Shown here piece after piece: positions 24,216-37,142 of a stretch of 64,000 nt of DNA; position 1 is the first letter of the stretch, and each line of letters starts with the position of its first letter. The notes beneath the pieces are model-generated. The model was not told the DNA's origin. It saw only the letters and a program-made list of their open reading frames with translations, and made no database searches. A program made the translations under genes and the position numbers. This stretch comes from Heptranchias perlo (lineage: Eukaryota): contig NC_090363.1 in the NCBI RefSeq assembly GCF_035084215.1, positions 12,400,001 through 12,464,000 of the forward strand. The letters run 5' to 3'.

Positions 24216-25526
24216 TTACATTTTATTTACTCGCATTTTCCTGGTATCTAGGTTCCTTGTTGCGACTTGAAGTGTTTGGCTGAGGCCAGGTATTGCACCC
24301 ATTGGTTCTCATCCTCCCACAACACCAGTTGGCCATTTTCCTACCTCACAAGGTGATGGTAGTTCCGCTGCTGTTCAAAAACTCGCCATACCGATATTAG
24401 AAAACGAATCACACCGAATTCTCCAAACATATTGCTTCACAACGTTTCACAATTGTTCATTTTTTGAGATGAAAGCACAGCGAGCGAAGGTCTCCATTGG
24501 TTCACTACGATTTGCGACTGGTGAAGATATCATACACACAACGTGAAGATTCCATCTGGTCTGTACGTGTGAGTGCATCGGAGACTCATCCGCGATACTT
24601 CTTCTGTATCCAGTCAGGAGGATGTCAGTGTGGTCCCTGTGTGTAAGGGGTTGGAAGTTATGCTACAGCTTTTCAAAGCCCTGGGTAAACCGCACCTGGA
24701 GTATGTGTACAGCTCTGAGCACCGCACCTTAGGAAGGACATATTGACCTTGGAGGTAGTGCAGCCGAGGTTTACCAGAATGATACCTGGACTCCAAGGGT
24801 TAAATTAGGAGAGATTACACAAATTAGGGTTGTATTCCCTGGAATTTAGAAGATTAAGGTGTGAGTTGATCGAAGCTTTCAAGAAATTAAAGGGAACTGA
24901 TGGGGTAAATACCGAAAGCCTATTTCCGCTGGTTGGGGAGTATAGGACGAGGGGATACAGCCTAAAAATAGAGCCATAACCTTCAGGAGTGAATTTAGGA
25001 ATCACTTCTAAACACAAAGGATGGTAGAATTTTGACCTTTCTTCGGCAATCGGCGGTGGATGCTAAGTCGATTGTTAATTTGAAATCTGAGATTGATCTA
25101 TTTTTGTTATTCATTGGTATTAAAGGATTTCGGGCCAAGGAGGGTATATGAAGTTAGTGCGCAGATAGCCATGAATTCATTGAATGGAAGAACAGGCTCG
25201 AGGGGCTAAATGGCCTACTCCTGTTCCTATGATCATATGTTCCTATGATATCAGAAACACAACAATATGATATGTATTTCTTGAAAAAGTAAGGGACAGA
25301 AATGTTGTTTCTTTGTGATAAGCTCCACAATGCTGTCCTGACTGCAGATTGAGAGACACAGGAAGTCGCATCACTGGGTGTGCGAGACTATATAACAATT
25401 GGACCATATTGGAAAATAGCAGAACCATTCTATTTGATTTATTCTTCGAATGTGGGCATCCCTGGCTAGGCCGTCCTTTATTGCCCATCCCTAGTTGCCC
25501 TGAGAAGGTGATGACGGGCTTTCTTC

Positions 25527-26425
25527 GATGATGATTGCACAGTGTTCAGTTCAATTCGCAACCCCTCAAATAATGAAGCAGTTCGAGCCCGCATGCAGCA
25601 AGACCTGGACAACATCCAGGCTTGGGCTCATAATTGGCAAGTAACATTCACGCCAGATAAGTGACAGTCAATGACCATCTCCAACAAGAGAGAGTCTAAG
25701 CACCTCCCCTTGACATTCAACGGCATTACCATCGCCGAATCCCCCACCATCAACATCCTGGGGGTCACCATTGAGAAGAAACTTCACTGGACCAGCCATA
25801 TAATTACTGTGGCTCCGAGAGCAGGTCAGACGCTGGATATTCTGCGGCGAGTGACTCATCTCCTGACTCCCCAAAGCCTTTCCACCATCTACAAGGCACA
25901 AGTCAGGAGTGTGATGGAATACTCTCCACTTGCTTGGATGAGTGCAGCTCCAACAACACTCAAGAAGCTTGACACCATCCAAGATAAAGCAGCCCGCTTG
26001 ATTGGCACCCCATCCACCAACCTAAACATTCACTCCATTCACCACCGGCGCACTATGGCTGCAGTGTGTACCATCCACAGGATGCACTGCAGCAGCTCGC
26101 CAAGGCTTCTTCGACAGCAACTCCCAAACCCGCGACCTCTATCACCTAGAAGGACAAAAGCAGCAGGCACATGGGAACAACACCACCTGCACATTCCCCT
26201 CCAAGTCACACACCATCCCGACTTGGGAATATATCGCCGTTCCTTCATCATCGCTGGGTTAAAATCCTGGAACTCCCTTCCTAACAGCACTGTGGGAGAA
26301 CCGTCACCACACGGACTGCAGGGGTTCAAGAAGGCGGCTCACCACCACCTTCTCAAGGGCAATTAGGGATGGGCAATAAATGCTGGCCTCGCCAACGATG
26401 CCACATCCCATGAACGAATAAAAAA
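25527..26425 (+). mobile_element. Young 5'-truncated non-LTR retrotransposon (CR1/L2-group; exact clade uncertain), partner of the SINE
   Basis: 231-aa ORF ILGVTI..LSTIYKAQVRSVMEYSPLAW..WNSLP, A-rich tail; absent from the paralogous units. Confidence 0.88.
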
Positions 26426-26915
26426 AATCACCGTTAGTTGTTTGAAACAAATGTTTGGCTTGCGTGGCCACTTTAGAGGGTAGGAAAGAGTCAACCAAGC
26501 ACCTCTGGGCCAGAATGGATGGCTGATTTCCTTCCCTAAAGGACATCATTGAAACGATTGGGTTTTTAAAAAAAGTATTGGACTGCTTTGTATCACTTTT
26601 ACCGGCTTTTACTTCCAGAGATCAGAATTAAATTCTCATAAAGTGATGGTGCAATTCACAGCATCTGGATTACTAGCCCAGCAATATAACCAGTACATTA
26701 CCAAACCATGGCTTCATTATAATGCAGTGTGCAGCTGGCTCAGTCCGCGAATCTGAGCCTTGTTTGTAAACGATCCGTTCTAATTAAAAGGTCATGCTTT
26801 GATTTTTGGCGTTCGGAGCTCAACAATTCACTTCAATGCTCAAGGATTGGGGGCATTTAGAAGTTGGGAGGGGTCCGCTCTCCTGTTCAAATTTAAATGA
26901 CCCCTCTGCGAAAGT

Positions 26916-28967
26916 CAAACCATCAAGTCCCGGTGGCATCCTAGTAAATCTTTTCTGCACTCTTTCTAGTTTAATAATATCCTTTCCATAATAGGGTGAC
27001 CAGAACTGTACACAGTATTCCAAGTGTGGCCTTACTAATGTCTTGTACAACTTCAACAAGACATCCCAACTCCTGTATTCAATGTTCTGACCAATGAAAC
27101 CAAGCATGCTGAATGCCTTCTTCACCACCCTATCCACCTGTGACTCCACTTTCAAGGAGCTATGAACCTGTACTCCTAGATCTCTTTGTTCTATAACTCT
27201 CCCCAACGCCCTACCATTAACGGAGTAGGTCCTGGCCCGATTCGATCTACCAAAATGCATCACCTCACATTTATCTAAATTAAACTCCCTCTGCCATTCA
27301 TCGGCTCACTGGCCCAATTTATCAAGATCCCGTTGCAATCCTAGATAACCTTCTTCACTGTCCACAATGCCACCAATCTTGGTGTCATCTGCAAACTTAC
27401 TAACCATGCCTCCTAAATTCTCATCCAAATCATTAATATAAATAACAAATAACAGCGGACCCAGCACCGATCCCTGAGGCACACCGCTGGTCACAGGCCT
27501 CCAGTTTGAAAAACAACCCTCTACAACCACCCTCTGTCTTCTGTCGTCAAGCCAATTTTGTATCCAATTGGCTACCTCACCTTGGATCCCGTGAGATTTA
27601 ACCTTATGTAACAACCTACCATGCGGTACCTTGTCAAAGGCTTTGCTAAAGTCCATGTAGACCACGTCTACTGCACAGCCCTCATCTATCTTCTTGGTTA
27701 CCCCTTCAAAAAACTTAATCAAATTCGTGAGACATGATTTTCCTCTCACAAAACCATGCTGACTGTTCCTAATCAGTCCCTGCCTCTCCAACTGCATGTA
27801 GATCCGGTCTCTCAGAATACCCTCGAACAACTTACCCACTACAGATGTCAGGCTCACCGGTCTGCAGTTCCCAGGCTTTTCCCTGCCGCCCTTCTTAAAC
27901 AAAGGCACAACATTTGCTACCCTCCAATCTTCAGGCACCTCATCTGTAGCTGTCGATGATTCAAATATCTCTGCTAGGGGACCCGCAATTTCCTCCCTAA
28001 CCTCCCATAAAGTCCTGGGATACATTTCATTAGGTCCCTGAGATTTATCTACCTTGATGCGCGTTAAGACTTCCAGCACCTCCCTCTCTGTAATATGTAC
28101 ACTCCTCAAGACATCACTATTTATTTCCCCAAGTTCCCTAACATCCATGCCTTTCTCAACCGTAAATACCGATGTGAAATATTCATTTAGGATCTCACCC
28201 ATCTCTTGTGGTTCCGCACATAGGTGACCTTGTTGATCCTTAAGAGGCCCTACTCTCTCCCTAGTTACTCTTTTGCCCTTTATGTATTTGTAGAAGCTCT
28301 TTGGATTTTCCTTTGCCTTATCTGCCAAAGCAATCTCATGTCCCCTTTTTGCCCTCCTGATTTCTCTCTGAACTCTACTCCGGCAATCTCTATACTCTTC
28401 AAGGGATCCACTTGATCCCAGCTGCCTATGCATGTCATAGGCCTCCTTCTTCTTTTTGACCAGGGCCCCAATCTCCCGAGTCATCCAAGGTTCCCTACTT
28501 CTACCAGCCTTGCCCTTCACTTTATAAGGAATGTGCTTACCCTGAACCCTGGTTAACACACTTTTGAAAGCCTCCCACGTACCAGACGTCCCTTTGCCTG
28601 CCAACAGACTCTCTCAATCAACTTCTGAAAGTTCCTGTCCAATACCATCAAAATTGGCCTTTCCCCAAATTACAATTTTAGCTTTTGGGCCAGATCTATC
28701 ATTCTCCATAGCTATCTTAAAACTAATGGAATTATGATCACTGGTCCCAAAGTGATCCCTCACTAACACTTCTGTCACCTGCCCTTCCTTATTTCCCAAG
28801 AGGAGGTCAAGTTTTGCCCCCTCTCTAGTCGGGCCATCCACATACTGAATGAGAAATTCCTCCTGAATACACTCAACAAATTTCTCTCCATCCAAGCCCC
28901 TAATGCTATGGCTGTCCCATTCAAGGTTGGGAAAGTTAAAGTCCCCTACTATTACCATCCTATAAAT
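26916..28967 (-). mobile_element. Young internal CR1 ORF2 fragment (end of endonuclease plus RT) replacing ~1.15 kb of the unit
   Basis: 432-aa ORF with [36 protein letters not shown]. No 3' tail and no TSD. Confidence 0.9.
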
Positions 28968-29801
28968 GTAATTATTTTGGGAAAGGAACGGAGTGATGCA
29001 GAGAACAGATTGTGGGGAGTTCCTCAGTCCTAAAAGATTCAGGGGATGGGCCATGAGCAACTGCGCAAGCAGAGGGACATCAGGGGAAGTTTGACAGCAA
29101 TATGCCAGTCGTTCATTCCAAATCTGATGATATCAGCTTGTTTAATTGTTCAAATATCATCCCTATCAATGGCATTGAATATTTGTAAATTAAATTGCCA
29201 AAATACTCACCAATAGGAATCTGATGGTGTCTAAAGGAGCCAATGAGGACATCAGTAGAACTGCCTCACCGAAATCCATACTGGTGATCAGAGATTAGAA
29301 GAGAACTTTCATGTCGATGGATTAATTAAGATTTAAAAATTACCTCCTTAATTTTGGAAATCACACGGTTAAGTGCAATAGGCCTTGAGTTAGAAAGTCA
29401 GAGCAATCGACATTCTTTGGGATAGAACGTTGACAAACAGCTCTATAAGAAAAAAGGATATGAGGAATGAATGCAACCGACAGTGTGTGAACAGAACAAC
29501 ACGTGGCTGAAATCAGACACATGCATCCAGAGAACCATAGGAAGAATTCGCCCAGAATTAGAGATTTTGGAGTCAATGAAAGGCAGGATCCAACATACAG
29601 TTTATTATTATCTTGACAACATTATACAAAGTGACCGTGAGAATGCCTTGAAGACATTTTATGGAGGTTCCACGATATGATTGGTCTATTGATATCTGAC
29701 AATTTGGCTTTCACATGCTTAACACACATTCAAACATGTGTATGGGGCAGGAAATCAACAGAGGAATAAGAGTAAATAATTCAGTCCCTCGAGCCCTTTC
29801 T

Positions 29802-29864
29802 GCTGATGGCTGAGATCATGGCTGATGGCTGAGATCATGGCTGATGGCTGAGATCATGGCTGAT
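29802..29864. repeat. 19-bp tandem triplication (GCTGATGGCTGAGATCATG)x3
   Basis: Directly visible; not amplified at the paralogous positions. Confidence 0.9.
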
Positions 29865-32704
29865 CTGTATCCTAACTCCATCCACCCGCCTTGGTTCCAG
29901 ATACTTAAATAACCTTGGCTCGCAAAACTGTTATCGATCTCAGATTTAAAATTATTAATTGAAGTCGCATCTGTTGCTTTTAGTGGGATAGAGTTCCACA
30001 TTGCTACCACACTATGTGTGAAGAGATGTTTCCTAATTTCTCTCCTGAATGACATGGTTATGATTTTAAGGTTATGTCCGTTTGTCCTAGACTCACTAAC
30101 CAGCGGAAAATTTTTCGCTCATCTAACCTATCAAATCCTTTCAAAAACCCCAAAACGTCAATCAAATCACCTGTTAACCTTCTATATTCGAGGGACGACA
30201 AACTTGGTTTGTGCATTCTCACCACATAATCTAACCCTTGGAGCCCTGGTAACATTTCTTCTCTCAGAGGTTGGTGAACCTGTGGAATTCTTTACCTCAG
30301 AAGGCCAAGTCACCGAATATATTTAAGAAAGAGCTAGATAGATTTCTATACACAAAAGGCATCGATGGGTATGGGGAGAAAGCGGGAATATGGTATTGAG
30401 AAAGAGGATCAGCCATGATCATATTGAATGGTGGAGCAGTCTCTTAGGGCCGAATGGCCTAATCCTGCTCCTATTTTCTATGTTTCTATGTAACATTCTG
30501 GTGAATTGCGCTGCACTCCTTCCAAGGCCAATATATCCTTTCTGAGGCGCAGTGCCCAGAACTGTACACAGTACTCCAGATGTAGTCGACCAGAGCTTTG
30601 GAGCGCAGCAGCAAACCTTCCTCCCCTTTATATTCTAGCCCTCTACTTATAAAGGCTCACATACCATCAGCCTTTTGATTATTTTTTGTACCTGACTGCT
30701 ACATTTTAGTGAATTGTGTTGATGGACCATTAAATCTCGTTGGAACTCAGCTGTTCCTCACTTTTCACCATTTAAAAATACTGGGATCAATCCTTTTTTG
30801 GTCCAAAGTGGATGACTTCACACTTGCCTGAATTGAAATTTCAATAACTTCACAACAACAAATGTTAGACTAACAGATTTATAATTTCCTGGTATCTCGC
30901 TCTGATCTTTCTTCAATAATTGGAGTTATATTTGCGGTATTCCAATTTAAAGACGCAATTCCAGAATCGGGAGAGCTTTTGAAGATTATGGCTAAAGCAT
31001 CTGCTATTTCCTCACCTACTTCCTTTAAAATCCTGGGGTGGAAACCATCAGGCCCTGGGGATTTGTCAGTCTATACTGCCCTTATTATTTCTAATTCTGT
31101 TGTCTTGATTACATTAACGTCAGTGAGTTTCAGTCCTTGATTCATTATTAGTTTCCATGGAATGTCAGGTGTATTATCCTTTTCCTCTACTGCGAAGATT
31201 GACACAAAGTAATTATTAAGAATCTACCACTTCCTTATTTTGATTTGCAATATTATCAGTGTCTGTTTTGATTACCGTTTTTCTTCTAATATAATCGTAA
31301 ACACCTTTTGTGTTAATCTTGGTATCCCTCGCAAGTTTCTTTTCGTATTCCGTTTTTGCAGATCTTATTATCTCTTTTGGTTTCCTTTGCTGTTCTTTAT
31401 ATCTCCCCCAGTTCCCTGGATCTAAACTATTCTTTGCACTATTTTATGTACTTTCGTTTAGTTTTACGTTACCTCTCATCTTTTTATTCTGCCATGACTG
31501 TTTTATTTGGTACGAAGAGCTCTTGCCCCTTTGGGGTATATACTGGTCCTGTATCAAGTTAAAATCTCTATTGAACACCACCCACTGATCATCTGTAGTT
31601 TGACTCGATAACAGTTTGGATAAGTTTGCTTTTGTCAGTCTCTGTCTCACCGCTTTAAAGTGAGACATATCACAATCTGGAATCTTAGTAATTGTGCTAC
31701 ATTTCTCCTTAGGAAGTGAATCATTCCTTTTTAGACACTGTGTACTGTACATCTACAGGACTGACACTGAGACATGCATGTGCCATACAGTACCAGACGG
31801 GAGTGAGTCGTTCCCTAAAACCCGCTGTGTACTGTACATGTACAGGAGCTAACACTGAGACAAACATATCCCACAAACTACCAGACGGGAATGAATCGTC
31901 CCCTTAAATCCGCTGTGTACTGTACATGTACAAGAGTTGACACTGAGACATACACGGGTCATACAGTACCAGACGCAAGTGAATTTTGCCCTTGTACCCG
32001 CTGTGCGATATACGTGTAGAGCAGCTGACACTGAGACACACACACAGGCCGTACAGTACCAGAAGGGAGTGACTTATTCCCTTTTACCCGCTGTGTGCTG
32101 TCCATGTGCGAAAGCTGACACTGAGTCGTACACGAGCCATATTGTCCCAGACATATGTACTATGTAACGTGTTACATAGTGTTACGTAGAATTTAAATCA
32201 GAGAGACAATCCATTCGGACTTTCTCCGACATGAAGTTATCATGCTTCCCCCTTAACTACATTTACATTTTCCGCCTGAACTTCTCCATGTGGTAGCAAG
32301 TTCCATATTCAAACAACTCTGAGTGTAAAGAAGTTTCTCCTGAATTCTTTGTTGCATTTATTAGTGACTATTTTATTTTTATGGCCCCTCGTTTTGGATT
32401 CCTCCACAAATGGTAATATATTTTCGACGTCCACCCGCTCAAACACCTTCATAATTTTGAAGTCCTTTATTTGGTCACGCATCAGCTTTCTCTTTTCTGG
32501 AGAAAAAATCTCCAGCCTGTTTGGTCTTTCTTGAAAGTTGTACCCTCTCAATTTTGAAAACATCCATGCAATTTTTTTAACCTTCTCCAGTGCCTCTGTA
32601 CTCTTTTGTAACATGGAGACCGCAGTACTCGAAGTATGGTCTAACCAACGTTCTATTTTGGTTTAACATAACTTCGCTGCTTTTCAATTCTATTCGTTTA
32701 GAAA

Positions 32705-32796
32705 CATTTACCTGAGGAAGGAGGAAGCCTCCGAAAGCTTGTGAATTTAAAATAAAATTGCTGGACTATAACTTGGTGTTGTAAAATTGTTTACAA
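32705..32796 (+). mobile_element. 92-bp Penelope-like terminal insertion with 8-bp TSD TTTAGAAA
   Basis: TSD at 32697-32704 and 32797-32804; empty site in the other units; contains a hammerhead core and AATAAA (32751). Confidence 0.85.
32706..32746 (+). ncRNA. Minimal type I hammerhead ribozyme motif
   Basis: AUUUAC-CUGAGGA-A-GGAG(gaagc)CUCC-GAAA-GCUU/GUGAAU: stem I, core, stem II and a palindromic AAGCUU stem III. Confidence 0.72.
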
Positions 32797-33469
32797 TTTA
32801 GAAATGAACCCCTTGTTTGTATTTTTATGGCCTTGTACGGAGGAGGATGGTGTGCTAAACCGTGTCAAAGTCTGAAATCAGGTCGAGAAGGATGAGGAGG
32901 GATGGTTCACCACGGTCACAGTCACATAGGATGTCATTTGTGAGTTTGATAAGTTCTGTTTCAATCCTGTGGCAGGAGCGGAAACCTGATTGGAGGTGCT
33001 CAAACATGGAATAGGGGGATAGATGGGCACGGATTTCGGGAGGTGACAAGTTCAAGGACCTTGGAGTGGAAATGCAGGTTGGAGATTGTAGTTTGCAAGG
33101 GCAGATGGGAGAAGGGGTTTTTTTGAGCAGTGGTGTGATGACGGCAAATTTAAAGGAGAAGGAGACAGTATAATAGCCATTGATTTGCTTCAAATTCTGA
33201 CACAAATGAAATAAGAGTTCACAGCGTGAGAGAAGTTTAGGAATACACGTGAGTCAGAAATACAAAATCTTGGAGATGCTCAACAGGCCTGTTAACATCT
33301 GGAAGAGAAACTCAGGTTAAAACTCTGCATGAGGATCCTCACGTTAAACCTGATTGCCATAGTTATTCCAGGCAGCTTAGGACAGGGAAAGGTTCACAAC
33401 ATCAGCTAACATGGGGCTAGGAAGAGAAATTGTGTGGTCAGCAGTTTGGTGCGAATAGGGTCGAGGTAG

Positions 33470-35822
33470 TATTGGGCGTACTATATAGGCCTCCTAATAG
33501 TTGCAACTCTGCTGGAAGTAGTATTAATCAGGAAACAGTCGGGGCATATAATAAGGGAACAGCATTAATTATGGGGGATTTTAACTATCATATTAACTGG
33601 ACAAATCAAATTGGGCAGGGCAGCCTTGAGGAAGAGTTTATTGGGTGTATTAGGGATGGATTTCTTGAGCAGTATGTAACTGATCCTACAAGGGGGCAAG
33701 CAACCTTGGACCCGGTCCTGTGTAATGAGCCAGGATTAATTAATAATGTCCTAGTTAAGGATCCCCTTGGAATGAGTGACCATAACATGGTTACATTCCA
33801 TATCCAATTCGAGGGTGAGAAGGTTGGTTCTCAAACAAGCGTACTGAGCTTGAATAAAGGAGACTATGATGGTATGAGGGCGGAATTGATTAAAGTGGAC
33901 TGGGAAAATAGATTAAGGGGTAAGACGGTACATGAGCAGTGGTGTTCATTTAAGGAGTTATTTTACAACTTTCAAAACAAATATATTCCACTGAGGAAAA
34001 AAAGGTGTAAAAGAAATGACAGCCATCCGTGGCTAAGTAAAGAAATTAAGGATAGTATCTGACTAAAAACAAGGACATATATGGTTGCCAAACTTGGTGG
34101 GAGGATAGAAGATTGGGAAGTCTTCAAAAGACAGCAAAAATTAACTAAAGGATTGATTAAGAAAGGGAAGATAGATTATGAAAATAAATTAGCAAAAAAT
34201 ATAAAAACAGATAGCAAGAGTTTCTACAGTTATATAAAAAGAAAAAGGGTGGCTAGGTCCCTTAGAGGATGAGACCGGGAAATTAATAGTGGGAAACATG
34301 GAGATGGCAAAAATGCTGAACAAATATTTTGTTTCAGTCTTTACGGTAGAGGACACTAAGAATATCCCAACACTGGACAAACAGGGGGCTCTAGGGGGGG
34401 AGGAGCTAAATACGATTAAAATCACTAAGGAATTGGTACTTAGTAAATTAATGGGACTCAAGGCGGATAAATCCCCTGGACCTGATGGCTTACATCCTAG
34501 GGTCTTGAGGGAAGTGTCAGTGGGGATTGTGGATGCTTTGGTAACAATTTTCCAAAATTCTCTGGACTCGGCAAAGGTCCTGGCAGATTGGAAAACTGCT
34601 AATGTAACACCCTTATTTAAAAAAGGTAGTAGGCAGAAGGCTGGAAATTATAGACCAGTTAGCCTAACGTCTGTGGTGGGTAAAATTTTGGAGTCTATTA
34701 TTAAGGAGACAGTCGCGGAACATTTGGATAAACATAATTTAATAGGACAAAGTCAGCATGGCTTTACGAAGGGGAAGTCATGCCTGACAAATTTGCTTGA
34801 GTTCTTTGAGGACATAACGTACAGGGTGGATAAAGGGGAACCAGTGGACGTAGTGTATTTAGACGTCCAGAAGGCATTCGATAAGGTGCCACATAAAAGA
34901 TTATTGCTCAAGATAAAGAATCACTGGATTGGGGGTAATATTCTGGCATGGGTGGAGGATTGGTGATCTAACAGGAAGCAGAGAGTTGGGATAAATGGTT
35001 CATTCTCGGACTGGCAACCTGTAGCCAGTGGTGTTCCGCAGGGGTCGGTGCTGGGTCCCCAACTCTTTACGATTTATATTAATGATTTGGAGGAGGGGAC
35101 CGAGTGCAACATATCGAAGATTACAGATGATACAAAGATGGGAGGGAAAGTAGAGAGTGAGGAGGACATAAAAAACCTGCAGGGGGGATATGGACAGGCT
35201 GGGTGAGTGGGCGGAGATTTGGCAGATGAAGTACAATATTGGAAAATGTGAGGTGATGCACTTTGGCAGGAAAACCAGAGAGCAAGTTATTATCTTGATG
35301 GCAAGAGACTGGAAAGTACTGCAGTGCAAAGGGATCTGGGGGTACTGTGCAAGAAAATCAAAAAGTAGATTGGGACTCTACTCATTGGAGTTCAGAAGAA
35401 TGAGAGGCGATCTAATTGAAACATATAAGATTGTGAAGGGGCTTGATCGGGTGGATGCGGTGAGGATGTTCCCAAGGTTGGGTGAAACTAGAACTAGGCG
35501 GCATAATCTTAGAATAAGGGGCTGCTCCTTCAAAACTGAGATGAGGGGAAACTTCTTCACTCAGAGAGTGGTAGGTCTGTGGAATTTGCTGCCCCAGGAA
35601 GCTGTGGAAGCTACATCATTGAATAAATTGAAAACAGAAATAGACAGTTTCCGAGAAGTGAACGGAATTAGGGGTTACGGGGAGCGGGCAGGAAATTGGA
35701 CATGAATTTAGATTTGAGGTTAGGATCAGATCAGCCATGATCTTATTAAATGGCGGAGCAGGCTCGAAGGGCCGATTGGCCTACTCCTGCTCCTATTTCT
35801 TATGTTCTTATGTTCTTATGTC
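33470..35822 (+). mobile_element. Young CR1 LINE (~2.35 kb, with an internal deletion) inserted into the L2 of unit 3
   Basis: Endonuclease motifs YRPP, GDFN, SDH; RT motifs; (TTCTTATG)n tail; the empty site GAGGTAGCAGGAGG is present in the other A-type units. Confidence 0.92.
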
Positions 35823-36950
35823 GCAGGAGGTGGTCAAGGCTAGCTCGGAGAGCGCATGAGGAGAGACAGGCGAGAAAGTAGAGAAACCTGGATGTTCAAG
35901 GCTAGGGCAGGGAGGATGCTTGGGGTAAGTTTGGTTTGGTGGGCTAAGGGAAAGGAGGGAAGCGGCAGAGGCAGCTGAACGGATGGTCTCAATCTTGGTA
36001 ATTAAGAAGTCCATGAGCTCGTCACACTCGTTGTTGGAGATGACTGTAGAGGGGCAGTGGTTAGAGGTTTAAGAAGACCGTTTGCAGTGGTGAAAAGAAG
36101 CCGGGGTTTATGTTTTCATTCCAGGATGATCCTGGAATAGTGAACAATTTTGACAGAGGAGAACAGGACCCGATAAAGCTTTATATGATCCAGCCAGATC
36201 TGGCAATGAATTGATAAACCAGTTGTCGGCCATAAATGTTCAAGTCTGGGTCCCTTGGACTTAAGGGAGTGGAGATGGGAACTGTGCCAAGGGCAAGGAC
36301 CAGTGTGAGAGGGAGTAATGGTTTTAATGGAGCAAGGGCAACAACGTTGGAGGTGCGGGAGTGATTGAGCAGATCGGTAGCCATTAGGTACAGTGCAGAT
36401 ATTTTATATTGATCAAAATATCCATTCAGGGTACGACAATGACCAACGGTCACTCAATCGCCGACCATGTTGCGCTGGTGAAATTGTGTTCGTCGTCCTC
36501 GCACCTGATTGAACGGTGCAGCCGGGTGGTGACTCATTTTATATTCCATTCCCAGCTTCGATATTGTATGTCATGATGTCAATGCGATTTACTCTATCAC
36601 AATCACAGCTTTTTGGTATCATTTGCACTTTGACTGTTAATTGCTAACTCAGAGGTTCACTTTTTATTCCCCTTCTTCTCCATTTCACTTTTAATTTTTA
36701 TAACTGGAACAACGGAGCTTTTGCAGAATTAATTAAAGCATCGTGTTACCAAGAGCAAAATAACGTCATCAAGAAATTGCTTTGAGGTCACAGTTTCAGA
36801 GCGGGGGATGACTTAGCCTGAGAGTGCCCAGTGGAGCCTCGATTTTCGCACTGCCCCATTAAATGATCGTGGAGCGCACTTTACTCATTGATTTGGAAAA
36901 TAAACATGTTCTAATATGTTTGTTCGAAGACCCGTGGCAAATAACATCTC

Positions 36951-36996
36951 TTATGTAAAACCACTGTGTCCCTGTGGGACTGACTGGTGTATAAAA
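36951..36996 (+). promoter_or_regulatory. Core promoter of copy 4
   Basis: TTATGTAA at 36951, TCCCTGTGGGA, TATAAAA at 36990-36996. Confidence 0.65.
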
Positions 36997-37072
36997 CAGC
37001 TCCTATTTCAATGCATTGTCTTTGTGTCCAAACCAGAGCCTTGCTTCCACGATTGTCTGAATTAGGCAGGAA

Positions 37073-37142
37073 ATGGGACGAGCAGCAATTTTCTACGAAT
37101 CAGTCATCTGCTATCCAATTCTTGCAATTATTGGTCTTCCCA
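37073..37142 (+). CDS. GPR139-like GPCR copy 4, exon 1
   Basis: ATG at 37073, 70 nt, GTAAGT donor at 37143; nucleotide-identical to copy 1 exon 1. Confidence 0.88.

Noticed and set aside
27306-28604. 432-aa RT ORF as an active or domesticated gene
   Set aside because: Internal CR1 fragment with frameshifts on both sides, lacking ORF1, promoter and tail.
29471-29680. 69-aa ORF in the unique spacer block
   Set aside because: Disrupted by indels or stops in paralogous units; no recognisable motif.
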